From the human T2T-CHM13v2.0 reference genome, Homo sapiens, in NCBI RefSeq assembly GCF_009914755.1, contig NC_060935.1: DNA of 64,000 bases, one strand, 5' to 3'. Positions 23,481-41,729 of the stretch are shown in pieces. Under the pieces are notes generated by a model. The model worked only from the letters and a program-made list of their open reading frames with translations. It was not told the origin of the DNA and did no database searches. The translations under genes and the position numbers were made by a program. Position 1 is the first letter of the stretch. Every line of letters begins with the position of its first letter.

Positions 23481-26297
23481 CTCCTCTAGAAGAAAGAGCT
23501 GGTTTGAGGGCAAAGTGAGGCCTTCTATCTGTCCCATCTCAGACATGTGATATCTAAAGCACCATTGAGGCACGCAAGCAGCCACACCTTGAGGGCAGCT
23601 CTAGAGAGCATGGAGCTGGAGACGGAGGTTAGGGAGTTGTCTGCCCTGGGTGATGGTTGAGTCTGCAAAGGAGAGATTAGGTATTGAAGAGAGTATAAAA
23701 CAAGTCTTGGGGAAGGTTTGTTCACAGGTGATGAGTTAAAGAAGAAAGAGCAGAGGTTGGTTTGGGGGTTGGAGGACCGGGATAGTAAGCAGAAGAAACA
23801 GAGTAATAAGTCCTATTTGTAGATCAGTCCACAGTTCACAGCGCTTTATCATGTTCCTTTACTCTTACCACACATAAACACACACTTCCATCAGAACCCT
23901 CAGGATCCAGTGCTGGCAGCAGGCTAAGTGCTATCTATTGTTTGCACAAATTTCCAGATGGGAAAACTCAAAGAGGGCAAGCGACATGTTTCAGGTATAA
24001 CAATGAATAAGCAGCACAACTGGTATGGGAATCTACGTGTCCCATGAAACTGCCTCCATGGTGATGGAGCCACAGAAGGAGAGGAAGGAGGAGGCATTGA
24101 TTGAAGAGGAAATCTTCCTGAGAAAAAGCCACACATCTGGCCCACAGCAGCCTTGTAGCGGCAGGGTCAGTGGGAGTGAGTCCAAATGGAGGGGCAGTAG
24201 GAGTGGGAGGTGGGAAGGCAGCGAGGAGGTGGAAAAAGCTGGAATGGATGCCTTCTTAGAGAAACTGGCAAGAAAAGGGAGAATCAGGAGGCTGCTTCAA
24301 TTCCTAACCTCTCCTTTACTTGCTGTCTCTTCTCCTGCTGACCCAACAATCACCCACAGCAGATGTGCCCTAAACTCCACCTCCAGCCCCATGCTTTCTA
24401 GAGCTGCCCACTAGGCTTGGCTGCTTGTGTGCCTCAGTGGTGTTTAGATCCCATGTGTTTGAGATGTGAGGCCCTCTGCCCTCATTTCCCCTCCCGCTCC
24501 CTCTCTGCCTGGTATCTCTCCCCGTCTGTCTCCTGCCCTGTCTCTCCCTCTCCTTTTTCCTCAGCACCAGTGACCCCCATCTCTGTGTTTCCACTTCTCC
24601 CTCTTTTCCATGGATTCTTTTCTTGCCAGAGTCCTTCATTGGTCTTGCCTCTTTTCCATTCTTCTCTTTTTTCTCCACCCAGCTATCTACATCTGGAAAT
24701 CTAAGACACGTTTAGTGTCAGGTTTGCTCACCGAATAATGTTTTACACTACTTGTTTTTTTAATTTAAAAGGCAGGAGATCTGAAATGCTCTTCCTTTCT
24801 CTCTCACAAAGAAAAACGGTCTCTCTCCAAAAGGGAGGTGCTTTTAAAGTATCATCCTTGATGAGTTTCATGGGTGAACAAGTGGCTCTCAAGGGAAAAA
24901 TGGCAGGCCCCTCATCTCTGTGTGAAGTGCCAGAGAGAGAAGAGAATTTCTGGATGGAGACAGGAGAAGGGAGGCCACTTTTCTTACTTTTGTTCCAAGT
25001 GAGACAGGCTCTCATAGGATCTTCTCTGTGATGAGATCACCCAGCTTGCCCAGCAAGGTGCTAAAAAATAATTGCCCTCGATGAAGACATACAAGTAAAT
25101 CATTCTGCTTGGCAGAAAAAATTCAAGTGTGTTGGCAAAACATGCAGGCAAAGTGTCTTTCCAGCTGCTGATCTCTGAGGACAGCTGTGCTGTGACCTAC
25201 CTAAGGCAGACCAGGCCAGGAGCTGCATAGCCCACCCTATGCAGCCCCCAGAGCCCCAGCCTCAGTCTTGGAGGACAAAGGGAAGTGACTCTACAACTCC
25301 CCCATTCCCAGAAGCACACACTCGATGGGTGGGCATCAGACACCACCTCCTTGTGGGGGAGTTGCACAGCGTGGTGCTGTCATGGCAATGCCTCAACCTT
25401 TCCTTCACCCCCTACCCTCTCATTGCTGTGCCCTGAAGGTGACAATGCCATGCAGTGGCTCTTCATGGCTGAGATTTTGCTGCAGGGACAAGCCCCTTTA
25501 AGCCACCCCTACCCCAGTCAGAGGACATATTAGAAGCCTTCAGAGCTTTTGCATAGCTCATGCATAGAGCTAAAGTACAATCCTGTGGGATCCAGATATG
25601 TTTGGAGGGAGGAATGAGACAATACCTTCTCTCTCCCCATCACTGCTATCGGAGGCATCTTTGCTTGCCTCATCTGAAGCCCTTAAACCACTTTTGCCAA
25701 CATTAAGTAACGAGATAGTCACTTTTTTGATACAGTTGACAGAGAGTTAAAAGGTTACTTGTTATCCAATAGGAGAAACAAAAATGTCTAAGTTTTACCT
25801 TGGATTTATTTCCCAGAACCAGATTCTTTCACCTGTGAGTCATTTTGCTGTCTTCTAAGACCTGAGACAATGGCACCTTAAGGTGTGCCCACAGAATAGG
25901 GCATGCCGGCTGCTCCTGAGGGTGACTCGCAGGGCTGAGGAAGGGAGGCAGACACCCCTATCCAGGTCAGCTCCTGGCTGGGAGCCATGAAAGGAGGACA
26001 GCTAAGTGACAGAGCCTGAGGCTGTGCTCTACATGTGGGGGAAGAGGGAAAGCAGGTAAGAGGACAGGAAAGAAAGGAGGAGGAAGAGGAATGGAGACAG
26101 AAGTAAATTCTCCTAATCCTTCCCTAGGTGTCTGCCTCTGGGATCTCTCTCTTCATGATTTCCTGTCTATACAAAGCCATACACTGAGAGATGTGATGCC
26201 GGCTTGACATGCCACCCAGGAAGGCTGCCCAGTCCTGGGTCAGCGTTTGTTGGTCCGGTCAATCTGTCCAAGAAATTTTCATTTCTGGCTTGGAAAC

Positions 26298-26540
26298 TTT
26301 CTTAGTTTGGGTTCCCTTAGAAGCACTTTCTGAGACTGCATAGTGAGTGCCAGGGGAGTCATAAAGTGAAACAGGGGAGCGAAGGCAGCCATCAAGGCAA
26401 ATGGATCTTCTTCCCTCCAAGTGGCTCTGGGAGCCAGCGTAGAATACTTGCTTCAGATTTATCCTACCCAAGGAGCCAGGGGCATGTTCCTTAGATGCCA
26501 GCTCCCATCAGTCGTTGAGAGCTGCTCCTGGGGAAAGGGG
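26298..26540 (-). mobile_element. ERVL LTR fragment (LTR67-like)
   Basis: 'cttagtttgggttcccttagaagca…gaaggcagccatcaa…ccagctcccatcagtc…gctgctcctggg'. Confidence 0.55.
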
Positions 26541-29154
26541 AGGCTTTGATTCCCAGCACCTGATCTGCTCCTGGTGTGTTCTAGCAGTGGGAGAAAGCCT
26601 GCAGACACAGGGACCAGGTGTTGAGGTGGGAAGTAAGCTGGCATGCATGGAGATGGGAAGGGGGCACGTCTGCAGCCTTTCCCAAAATGACTATGGCATA
26701 TAAGGAGGCCTGGCACTGGGCAGAGGGTCCCCAGTCCAGCCAGGAGAAGCAAGTCCACATTACATTTTGGACTCACTCATGTACCTATTTTGAGCTTTGA
26801 GTCAGGGCTCAGAAACATCTCTGGTCTTCAGGGTCTCCGGCATCACGGAGGCACAGGTGGGAAAAAGGAAGGAAAAAAAAAAGGGAAAGAGATGATCAAA
26901 CTAGAAGAAAATAGGGAGCACAAAGAGACAAAGAAAAGCAAAAATGATATAACCCACAGAAAAGCCAGCAGAACTCCAAAGAAGCATGAAGTGGGTCACA
27001 CAGATGTGGTAGGTGCAGGAAGTTGAAATAAGAGACAAGCCTGGAGAGAGATTTCAGAGCAGTTGGTGAAAGGATTCTAGGCAGCATTTAGCCCAGGATG
27101 CTTCTCTTTCTTTCTGGGGGGCTAAATCCAAGAAGGTGTATTAAGGTCTGTCATAAAGAGAGAGCTGCACCTCTAATGTATCTATGATGGGACAATTAGC
27201 AATACAGAATAGAAATTGCTAGGGCAATAGAATCACAACAGTCTATGTGGTTGAGAAGTCTGGCCAGCAGCATTTTTGGTCAGAGTGGTGCCCAGTGTGA
27301 CACAAACCAGCAATGGCTGCCAACATCTGGATCACCATGAGCTCCGAATGTGTATCTGCAGGCAGCGTGTCAGCCAAGGAAGACAGTCTCAGCGGGTCAG
27401 CGCTATTATTCCACTAGCTCTTCCTCATTTGAGAGCCCCAGGGCATTGGATTTGGTCATGTAAAATGATGTTAAATGGAACTCTTTCTTATGACCCCAAA
27501 TTTTGGCAAAGAAGCCTTAAAGTTGAAGACATGTGAGAAGTCCCCACATACTCCAGAGAGGTGCTAAGCATACCCATGCATGTCTTACCCAAGGTTAGTA
27601 AAAATAGGTCCAGTAACTATTAGCCCATCCAGGCTTATATAAAACAAACAGAAAAGAAAATTGAAGGAAGATATTTAGGAGAGTGACTGAGGTGAAGTGT
27701 TGTCAGCTTAGCAGGGAATGTTGCAATGTTTCCCCTGAATTTCCCATCACCTCCAAACCAAGTGAAGGGCACAGATAGAAACTGACACTGAAAAAAAGGA
27801 GGGCTGGTATCCCACAGTCCTGAGGAACTGCAGAAATTGTGGGTCCATCTTGAGAGAGTTGTTGGGAGAAAGTGATGTTTGTTTCCTGGAGTTTGGAGGA
27901 ATGTTTCAACATAAAGACTGGTGCCTCCTACCAGCCTTGTCCCCTGTTAAATTTGGAAGGCAAAAGAGTGACTGAAGTTATTCATGAAGGCAGGGTAGAG
28001 AGTGAGCAGAGGTAGACCACTGTTTATGTGAAAAGCAAGTATGATCTTCCTTTGGGATAAGTGTACACTGGGGAAGATAACTAGACTCGAAACATGCTAG
28101 GGCACTGCCAGAGAGGGTGACAGGGAAAGGTGGCAGGGAGTGTTGCTGAAGGAGTTGCCAGATGTTGGCCAGAAAGTGCACCCCACTTCTGAGAACCCAC
28201 AGTGGAGCCAGCCTTTGAGCACATGTGGCTCCCAGAGGATGTCAATGCTCAAGAGTAAAGCACCTTTGGACAGGCAAGAATGAAGATGCTCTCCTCCCCT
28301 GCCCACCGTGAGGAGTCAATGGCAGGGAGTGGGGAAGAAGCTCAGAAACAGGGAAAGAGTGCAGCACCCCTCTCCTCTCCACTGCAGATCCCCATGCCCC
28401 AGGGTAGGCCTGAGCTTTGAGGAGGGAAAGTAGGAAACACTTTGAATTGGATGTATGATTGAATGTTTTAAGCTTTAAGTCAGACTGCACCGTTTAAATC
28501 CACAAAATTGCCCAGGAAGCCATGAAGAGAAGGCAGTGTGGTTGAAGGCAGTGATGAGAGAAAAATGAATGTGTTTCCCATTTATACAACTATTGAATTC
28601 AGCCCATTTAATAAGCTGGTTTACAGAAGTTGATGACAGATCTGTGCCATAGTTTTGCTTTATTACTGCATGTGTGTCTGTGGGTGTGCATGTATTTATA
28701 TACATTATACATAGTTCATCCCCTCGTGTGGGTTTATCTCTTAGCCAACAAATTGTTTTGTTATCTTTAATTTATGATCCTCAATAAAGAATCCCTCTAG
28801 GTATCACTAAGGAGCAGGACCTCAGCCAGGTGAACCCAATCAATATTAAAATCCCTATTTGGGGGCCTCAGGTGGGCAGAGCAGGCGAAGAGCAGTTCCA
28901 AATGAACTACTAGCAGGTGGGTGGGAAAATTATGTCTTTTTGGTGCCTATGGAAGGAATGGCAAAGGGGCCTGAGTTCTTAACTGGGAACAAAAAGCACA
29001 TACTTTGCTGTGACGTCTTGATTAATAGACTGAAAGAACTTTGATTCTGCATGAATCCAAGTGAACTTACCCCCCAGCCAGCCCCTGCCTCATCCAGTCT
29101 CCCTATCTGATTTCCATTTTGCCCCTGGAGAACTGTCCTTTCTGCCTGTCTAGA

Positions 29155-29345
29155 GCTGTGGTTTTCAGACTCGGCTGCATATTAGAATCACCTGGGGAAC
29201 TGGTATTTTTAAACTGGTATTTCAAAAGTAAACCAATGCCAAGGTCTTACCCCCACTGAGTCTCTGGAAGTGTGGTATGGGCATCAGTATTTTTTAAGAA
29301 GCTCCTCTGGTGATTCTTATGTATAGGTTAGGTCTAAAAGATTGA
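29155..29345. mobile_element. MER5A hAT MITE
   Basis: 'ggctgcatattagaatcacctgggga…gcatcagtattttttaa…ctggtgattcttatgt'. Confidence 0.8.
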
Positions 29346-29454
29346 AGAGAATAGTAGCAGAGGCCGACTGTGTCCAATTATACAGGGAAGCAAAGTTCTG
29401 CGGAGCATGGCTCCAGGCTGCAACTTCTGGGTCTGGCCATATGAAATGCAGAAA

Positions 29455-29590
29455 TTCATTCATTCATGTATGCATACATTAATTCCTTCACCAGATATTT
29501 ATTGACCGTCTACTATGTGCTTTGTACTGAGGATACAGAAATGAACAAAACAGACAAAACTCCATACCCTCATGGAGCTTCCATTCAAGC
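29455..29590 (-). mobile_element. L2 3' end
   Basis: (ATTC)n-like tail followed by 'atttattgaccgtctactatgtgc…ccctcatggagcttccattc'. Confidence 0.8.
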
Positions 29591-29958
29591 TCTAGAGAGA
29601 GTGTTCCCGATTGGGAAACACAGGTGAGGCCTGAGAAAACCCCTCCCCTGTCTCCGAGGTGAGTGATGTCTGGGGAGCACACATCTGAGTATTAACAGGC
29701 TGCCCGGGTTTGTAAAACACCCTCACAGCTGACTGTATCCTCACACAGCTGCTCCACGTAAGGCTGGTGAGCATCTCGTGCCCAGGCTGATAAGAGTCCC
29801 AGAGGCACTGAGTTGTGGGAGAGCCTGTGATGTGGTATTCGACCTTGGTATGTTCTCTTCCGGCTTCCATTCACAAAGGCTTATTGAACCAGTGCATCAT
29901 AGAGAAGACGTGTGAAACAGGTACTAACATGTGTGTGCGTTGGGATGATCCCACAATT

Positions 29959-30062
29959 GGATGATGATGATGGTAGGGATGATGATGGGGATGGTGATGA
30001 TGGTAGGGATGAGGATGGAGACAGTGATGGGGACGATGATGATGGGGATGATATTGGTGATA
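29959..30062. repeat. Degenerate (GAT)n/(GGGGAT)n simple repeat
   Basis: Directly visible trinucleotide periodicity over ~100 bp. Confidence 0.9.
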
Positions 30063-30984
30063 ATTAGCATCTCCTTTATTTTTCAGATCAGAAGTATGAA
30101 GTAGCGTCAGTCCTTGACCTCAAGTTCCAATTATGCATCCAAGCAGGGTCCACTGCTGCCTCTAATTATGAAAGTAGTAGGAAAATTCCCAGATTAATTC
30201 AACAGAAGCTGACCTTCTTGAGACCAGAAGAAGGAGGCCCTAGGAACTTGCCTGTGTCTTTGTTTACCCCAGGCTTCGTGACTTGGCAAATCTCTTCTAC
30301 TTGTTTTCCTCAGGATGAGGGCGAGTGCTGTGCTTGTCCATCAGTGAAATGGGCAGGAGTGTGTTTCTGGTGAGAAGTACAATTAGAGTCTTGTGGTGCC
30401 TTGGAGGGCTGATGAAAGCTGGGCTAAGTGCAGAGCAGATAGCATCAATGTGGAGCAGTAAATGTCTACCCAGCTCAACCCTGCCTGCTGGGCTCAGAAG
30501 GATGGAACAGAGAGGGTGGAGGAGTTTGAAGTGCTGAACATGTCCACCTTTTCCTAGGACAGAGGATGCTTTTGGTTTGCCCCTTCTGCCTTATTTGCTG
30601 AGTATTCCGATTCTCATTTCCTGGGCACTCCCCTCCACTGCCATTCCTTTTCCTGCCTTCTTTTCCATGGGTTGTGCTCATGTCTAGAGCCTTTAGGCTG
30701 GGGTACTGAGCAGCATCTGCACTTTTAGTGACCAAGAGGTGGCTGGACCTTCAGGCCACTCTTCCTGGTACCTGGGAATACAGACTCTGTCCTACCCACC
30801 TTGGAGCTCTTTAGAGTCTCCCTTCTGGGTTCTGAATGCCAGTGGGAGACAGTGAGAGCTGGGTAGAGAAAAGGCATCATGACAGCCCTTGGGGGAGCAA
30901 AGAGAAATATGTGAACACAGAACTAAAGTGCCCCAAAAAGAAAAGAAAATCCTTTTGTCCCATTGCTTTAAACCCTCTGATGGT

Positions 30985-31175
30985 TGACACAGCTTACTAT
31001 GTGTCTGGAGTTGTGCTAGTTTGTATGTATTACCTCATTTAGTCCTCACAGCAGATCCATGAGGTAGATCTTATTTTCCCACTTTACACTTGAGAAAACA
31101 GGAGCATAGAAATTGTAGGTAATTTTCCAAGGTCACACCACTGGCAGTTGTTGGATTCTCTAAAGCCCATATATC
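30985..31175 (-). mobile_element. MIR SINE
   Basis: 'cctcatttagtcctcacagcagatccatgaggtag…ccaaggtcacac'. Confidence 0.75.
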
Positions 31176-32124
31176 TGGACTGGATGGGCTAGGGGTTGAA
31201 AAAACTGTCTTGATACGAAGACTCAGGAATCCAAACCCAAGTGGTTCAGTCAGCAGCCAGCCCCAAGAGAACGAATATGGTGGCCCACAGGCAACTTCCA
31301 AATTCCTCCCTGGGCAGTGGGCAAGGGCAAATTTAACCACATGTTCAGATCAAGGGTAGGCAAATAGACTGGTGGGCATAGAGATGGGAAAGAGGCTTCA
31401 GCCTTAAAGAGGAGAATGCAGTGGAATCTAGGTCAAGAACTGGGGGCCTTCCTTGTCCACTGGCTGAGATGCAGGGCAGGGCCCCTGGCTAGGGAGGAGG
31501 TGTAGCTCCACCTGAGGATGAAAGAGAAGAAACCTACACAGAGGCCCAGGCTTTGCAGTGGGGCCAACACAGGAGTAGGCAAAGTGTTGTGTCATAGGGT
31601 ATGCAGGATACACAGATGCCTAGAGCTATCTCCAGTCCAGTGGTTCCTGGGTCTAACTGGCATACAGGGAGACCTGGAGCAAGGGGCACAGGAGACTCCA
31701 TGCATGGAGCTGGACACCAGATCCAAAGCGGGGTTAGGAACTCCATCCTAAGCCCCTTAAGCTAGAGGCCATTGGGAAATGTCCTGCCTCATTTTGGATG
31801 AGCTGGGGTAGCATGGAGATGCCCAAGTTGGGAAGCTGGGAAGGTCAGGGTATGGGGCAATGAAGAGGCTTATGCCTGCTGAGATCCCAAAGGAAACTTC
31901 CTCCTAAAGTCTATCTCATTTCTACCTAATTGATGAAGGCCCTCTGTTTCTGGTAGAATAGAAAGCGAGGTAGAAAACAGCTGAAACACAGTCTAGATCA
32001 TCTGAGTTGACACAGAAAAGTCCAATATTTTTAAAAATTGTGGCTTTATTGGCTGAGACCTCCTTATTTCAAGATGGAGAATGACTGGTAACTTAAGCGG
32101 AATCAGCATAAAACAAAATAATAG

Positions 32125-32340
32125 CTAATAGAATTGCATGGTCACTACATGCCAAGCATAACAAAACCCCATGAGTTCGGTAGTATGATCATTTTTACTG
32201 ATAAGAAAACTGAAGTTCAGAAAGTTAGTGACTAGGTCAAGATCACACAGCTCATGAGTAGGCGTCCCAGGACTTGAACTCAGACATAAATCTATGCTCA
32301 TGGCCACTGTGTAATGCTACCATTCTGCAGAAGCTGCAAG
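32125..32340 (-). mobile_element. MIR SINE
   Basis: 'ataagaaaactgaagttcagaaagttagtgactaggtcaagatcacacagct'. Confidence 0.75.
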
Positions 32341-34598
32341 CCACAGGCCAGGGTCTCATAATATAGTAGGTCACTGAAATTGTATATTGGATAGATGAAT
32401 CAATGGATAAATAGATACACGAACTCTCCCAAAGAATATTATGCACATGTTGAGCAGCCCAAACAGGTCCAGGGGCAATGAGGTTAAACATGAAAACTGA
32501 GTGTTGAGCCCCCACCGGTCACATCAAAATTCACTGGAACATGTCCCAAAATGAAGTCAAAGGCCACAAACCCATCAACTGCAAAAGAAAGGAGGAAGCC
32601 CAGCTACTCTATGCCCTTGATGTTTCTTCGGTATGATTCTCCATAGAGAACATGGTCCTGGTCATTCTCAAAAACATCAATGTTATCTTCATGATGTTTC
32701 AACTCTTGTCTTCATTGTTCTATATTGTTAAATGTAAATGCTTAAACTGGGAGCCCCTACCAGAGTTTTAGAAGCAAACTTCTGGTTCCAGAATGGGTGA
32801 ATCAGGGGAACAAACCCCTGCATAAACTTAAGCCCAAAGAAGTCTTCCTCTCTCTAGATGTGCAATTTTGCACAGACAAAGCAATTCAGAAATGGTCAGC
32901 ATTCAGAAGTCCATGGGAGATTAAGTGCACTGGGGATTCGAGTAGAGGCTGAACCCCAGGAAGACTGAAAATCAGGACCCAGCTCTGAGAAGAGGATGGG
33001 TGTGCACATGCAGGGTCTGGGATTTAGTATGGAGGATGGGCCACTAGGCAGCATAAATGATCTGGGATTTTAGGAAGGAAGCAGATGAAGCTCAGACCAC
33101 ATGGTATCCCCAAGGAGAGTGGAGTGCTCTGGGGAAGATATGCATAGCACATGGAAGAGAAGAGTGGTACTCCAGATGGGGTCCAATTGCACTGAGCCAC
33201 AGGGTCATGGACAAGGAAGCCAAAGCCAATGACCAGAGTCTTGTCTGGGTGAGGATTACTCCACGGCCTGGACTAGCTGCCTGGGGTACCCTGAGGCTGA
33301 ATGGGTGGAGAAGGGGGTCACCTTCTCTTGTGTGCCCCTCACTACTCTTGACTCACTTAGTTTGGAGGGTTTCTTGCTTCAGAAACTTAGTCCTACTGAA
33401 AGAATATTCTTGATTGTTGCTTGTTATGCTCAGTGCTAGTGTGAGATTTTTCCTCTTGCTAGCTGTCTGTTGGCTTTTGGGTCTCCATTCTCTCTGTGGA
33501 CTCTGTGATGTGGGGCACATAATGGCAATAGGAAGAAGGTTTTACTCCTCTTTAATTGGCAAGGGTCACTTCCTTTTTGAAGTTGGTTCTGAGAACAGCT
33601 TCCCCCAGGATATAGAACATGGCCCCTTACATTTTTGTGCACACTAGGCAATTCCTCAATGCCTGGAGCTGACAGCCCAGCACCTCCCTGATTGCCAGCT
33701 TTCCATCCATGGATGCATGGGTTATGCCTGCACTGCCCACTTGCTTTCCTCACCTGCTGCTTCAGAGGACAGGTTGCTTTTTTGGTTGTCCTCTCTGCTT
33801 TGCATTCTTTCCCAGCCAGTCTGGACTTACTCCCTTTCCGTCTTCCACCTGTTGTCAAAAACCCAGAGGCTTCAAGTTCTGTGTAGGATGGTAAGTATCA
33901 GAGAAAAACAAAAGAACTTCCAAGTGCCCCAGTGCCAGATCTTTAAGTATTTTCCTTCCCTCTCTTCTTCCTTTCCTTTATGCTACTTGGAGACTCTCCG
34001 TTTTCCATCCAACAATTCCTCACAGTTTACAGAATATCCAGATTATTTGTTCAGAAACAATATCTGGTTCTACCTTTTCCTCCCACCCTTTTCCTCTTCC
34101 ACCTACCCTTTACCTTCCTCTTCCTGGTTTCCTGAGCACCCACACAAGAGTCTCCTCTCAGGTTGGATGGTGGGGATCACAAGTCAAATGCCCGGGGCAG
34201 GCAGCTGTGGGACCGAAAGCTACTATAAAGGAGCTAAAGAATTTGCAAGCCTAGGATTTCTGTTTTGTTTTTTCTTACAACAAATCATCATATAACTTGA
34301 TTAGCCGATTTGCTAATTCCAATACAATCAGCACAATTAATTAAAGACTACAGTATTCAGGTCATAACACATGCAGGTAATCAAGGCACTGGGGCAATGG
34401 CTCTGAGACCTGTTCCTGATTCCAGGCAATCCTACGGTTAGTTCCATTGAATCTGATTGGGCTACAGATGCCCTGTATAGTCTGGGGGCCAGTGGGGGTG
34501 GGGTTGTCCCTCTCTCTGATATATACTGCAAGGCTCATGCATTAAAAAGCGCTGTAAAAAAATTTTTTAAGATATATACTATAAGCCATATATTTTTC

Positions 34599-38290
<3,692 letters not shown>

Positions 38291-38299
38291 AAAATTTTT

Positions 38300-38595
38300 T
38301 TAAAGATGTATACTATAAGTCACATGTTTTAATTTTTCTAATCACTACATTTACAAAATAAGGAAAAGAAGATCAAATCAATTTTAATAATATTTAACCC
38401 ATATATCCAAAATATTATCATTTCAACATGTAATCAATATAAAAAATGTTAATAGGACATTTCATTTTTTTTGTTCTAAGTCTTCAAAAAGCCAGTGTAT
38501 ATTTTATATTAATACCACATCTGAGTTCAGACTATCCACAAGGAAAGTGCTCAGTAGCCAGATGTGACTAGAGCCTACCTTACTGGACAGCACAA
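38300..38595 (+). mobile_element. MER33 hAT MITE (5' tip left at ~34548-34597, split by the L1PA)
   Basis: 'tatatccaaaatattatcatttcaacatgtaatcaatataaaaaat…ctggacagcaca'; 5' tip 'agcgctgt' lies upstream of the L1. Confidence 0.85.
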
Positions 38596-39002
38596 ATCTA
38601 AAACATGCTTTTCAAGTCCTATAGCTGTACTGTAATTTATTTAATTTATTTAACCCCATTGCTAGAACTTATCATTTTTACAAAATTTTGCCATTATAAA
38701 TAATAATGCAATGAAGATTCCTGTATTTACATCTGTGCATATTTTATGATTTCATTATTATACACTTTTTGGGATGGAATTGATTTATCAGGGTTATCAA
38801 AGTTATAAGCCTTAAAACTCTTAATGCTGCCAAATTGCTTTCTACAAACATTTTACCGATTTCCATTTGCACCAGCAGTATACAAGATTCCCACACTTCC
38901 ACCAACAATGAGTGTCACCTCTATCAACACTGAGTGTACCCCAGAACTCCCAGTCTTCTACTGTTTCAACTTGCAATGTAACAGATAACCAAGGACCACT
39001 GC

Positions 39003-39513
39003 TGTGCCAGCTACCTTCTTCCTGTCCCTCCAGATCTACTCTCTGCCCTTCTCCTCCCTGCTCTGTACCCAGGAAGCTGGCAATTGTGGACTGCATCAAT
39101 GGTCTTGCTTGCACCCCAGCTTCCTGTTGGGTAATGTCAGTGGAAAGTACTGGTGGGAGATGGAAGGAAGCAGGAAAAGTGAGGTCAGAATATTGATTTC
39201 GCTGGGTCCCTCCCTTCTGAATTGCTGTGGGTTGGTTACGTCCCCCTAAAAGAGGCCACAGCTCCTGTCACATAACTCTCCCTATGCAGCTACCTGCTGT
39301 GGCTTCCTGGAACTCCTTCCTCTTGCCCTTTCTGGCCTAAGGAAGATAAGGAGGCTTCTAGCAACTGCTAGCCCCAAGACTCCGCATTATCTATCCCTCA
39401 TTGGTTTCTCTACACTTTCCTCACACCTTTGTACATACTCTCTTTATTAAACCCTCCTTGAATACTCAGTTGAAATTCATCATCAGTTTCCTGTGAGGAC
39501 CATGAATGACACA
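39003..39513 (+). mobile_element. ERVL solo LTR (LTR33-like)
   Basis: TG…CA ends; 'ccctccagatctactctctgcccttctc', 'gtggactgcatcaa', 'tttattaaaccctcct'. Confidence 0.7.
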
Positions 39514-39599
39514 GCCAGACAGACATTAAATAACCTGACATTAAAAAGAAAGGCCAAGATTGACCAATAAACTTACTTCAAAGGAAACACGTACTTTAG

Positions 39600-40185
39600 A
39601 ACAGAAGAAAACTTGCTATAAAAAGAAAATTCTAATTCTAATTAATATCTTCAAAAAATATTGAGACAATGTTATAGCCATAAAATAATTATTTTAAGAG
39701 TAACATTATGAAAACAACAACCAGAAAGAAAGATTTTGGAAATGAAAACAAAATTAATTGCCAAAACAAAAAAAGAGTTAGGGTTAGATGATAAAGTCCA
39801 GAAAATATTTTAAAATGTGAGAGATATTAAAATTATCACAAATATGAATGAAAACAGAAGAAATATAAAGAATTGACACAAATGATCCAGTGTCCAACCA
39901 GTGGGAGTCCTCAAAAGAGAACAGAACAAAAAAAAAAAACAAGGGAGAGGGAATTAATAAGGAAATAGTACAAGGAAATTTTCCATAGTAGAAGGAAGAC
40001 ATGAGACTTAGAATTTGAAGGCCCTGGAAGCTCTGAACAAGACAAAAACGAAAAATCCACACCTAGAAACATTAAAAAAAAAAAAAAAAAAAAAAACTTC
40101 TAAAGAAATGAAACAGCCACAGACAAAGGAATAAAAGTCAGGCCAACATAAGACTTCCCATCAGCAACAATGGATGCTAGAAGAT
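39600..40185 (+). mobile_element. Ancient L1M/HAL1 ORF1-like fragment
   Basis: A-rich sequence with 'ggagtcctcaaaagagaacaga' and 'gacttcccatcagcaacaatggatgctagaaga'. Confidence 0.6.
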
Positions 40186-40199
40186 CCTGTCCTCTAGCA

Positions 40200-40570
40200 A
40201 GCCATCATCTACTCTGCAACCAGAGTCACCTTCCTTGAATTCAAATATCACCAAGCTACTTTCTTGCTTACAAATTTGCAGTGGTTCTCTTTGGCATTAA
40301 GCTGAATTTGGAGTCTTCAGTTAGCTCATGTGACTCTCTATAATCTGCCCAGACCAGCCTCTCCTGCCTATTCCTGCCTCTTCAGCCTTTGCTCCACCTT
40401 GATGGGGCTCCTTGTGGTTTCCTGGACACATCATGCTGTTTCATGCCTTGCTGTATTTGCAAATACTGCTTTCTCCTCCCAGCAAGCTCATTCTTCTATT
40501 TTACCTAACAAATTCTCATGTTCTTCAAAACTCAGCTAGAGTAGCAGCTTTTCTGTGAAGTTTTCCTTGC
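40200..40570 (+). mobile_element. L2 fragment
   Basis: 'ctactctgcaaccagagtcaccttcc…cttcaaaactcagct…ttctgtgaagttttcc'. Confidence 0.6.
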
Positions 40571-41346
40571 TTTGATCCCTGCCCTAGGTGAAGCCCACAG
40601 CTGCCATTTGCCTGAGAAGAGAATTTGGGCAGAAAGCAAAACCTTTTTCAGTGACTTTCATGTGCCAAGAATTGTGCTGGGGACACAGAGTTTACATAGT
40701 TTCTCTTAAAGCTTACAGTTTTGTAGGTGAACCGGAAAAGCAAAACAAACAATTACATCAGTGTGGAGTTGTTGCAATAAATATTTGGTGCTAATGGAAT
40801 ACAGAAGTGGAAGCCTGGGTAAGTGAGAAAAAGCATGACAGGAAGGATTAGGGTTGAGTTCACTTTGAAGTAGGCTTTGGTAAATTTGCATTAGAAGGAA
40901 ACTGGATAAGTTGGAAATGATAGAAAAGTTAAGACTCCCCTACAGCCAATTACATTAAATGCCTGGCATTTTGTCACCACTTCTTCCTTTCATGCCGATG
41001 CATCTCTCTCAAATGAGTGACACTGAGCCCGAACTCTGACTCAGGACTCATCTTCATACAGATGTGCCAGACATTGACTATTGACTGATCACAGTTTCTT
41101 CACTAGATAAACCCCACCAACATCCTTTATCAGATTTGCATTTGAAAATGGGTCTCTGGCAGAAGGGTCGAGTCCCTACAGCTAGCCTCAGTCTCCAAAC
41201 ACTACCTTAGACATTGTAATGTAAATGATAAAGAGCTGCCACTGCTAGGCGTTGCAATTAGGTAGTCACTGTAGAAAGAACCCGAGCCATGGTGGCCTGG
41301 TGTGCATTGCCCCATTCCTGTATCATGCCTCTTCACTGGTTGATAG

Positions 41347-41729
<383 letters not shown>

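Noticed and set aside
29959-30373. Asp/Gly-rich frame from the GAT repeat and a ~95-codon open stretch after an acceptor at 30086
   Set aside because: Simple repeat closed by a stop, with no recognisable protein and no good donor.
32480-34295. Possible decayed minus-strand gene (strong acceptor at ~32580, donor at ~33352) and 140/192-aa ORFs
   Set aside because: Candidate exons contain stops and match no protein family I recognise; tBLASTx against mammalian genomes would be needed.
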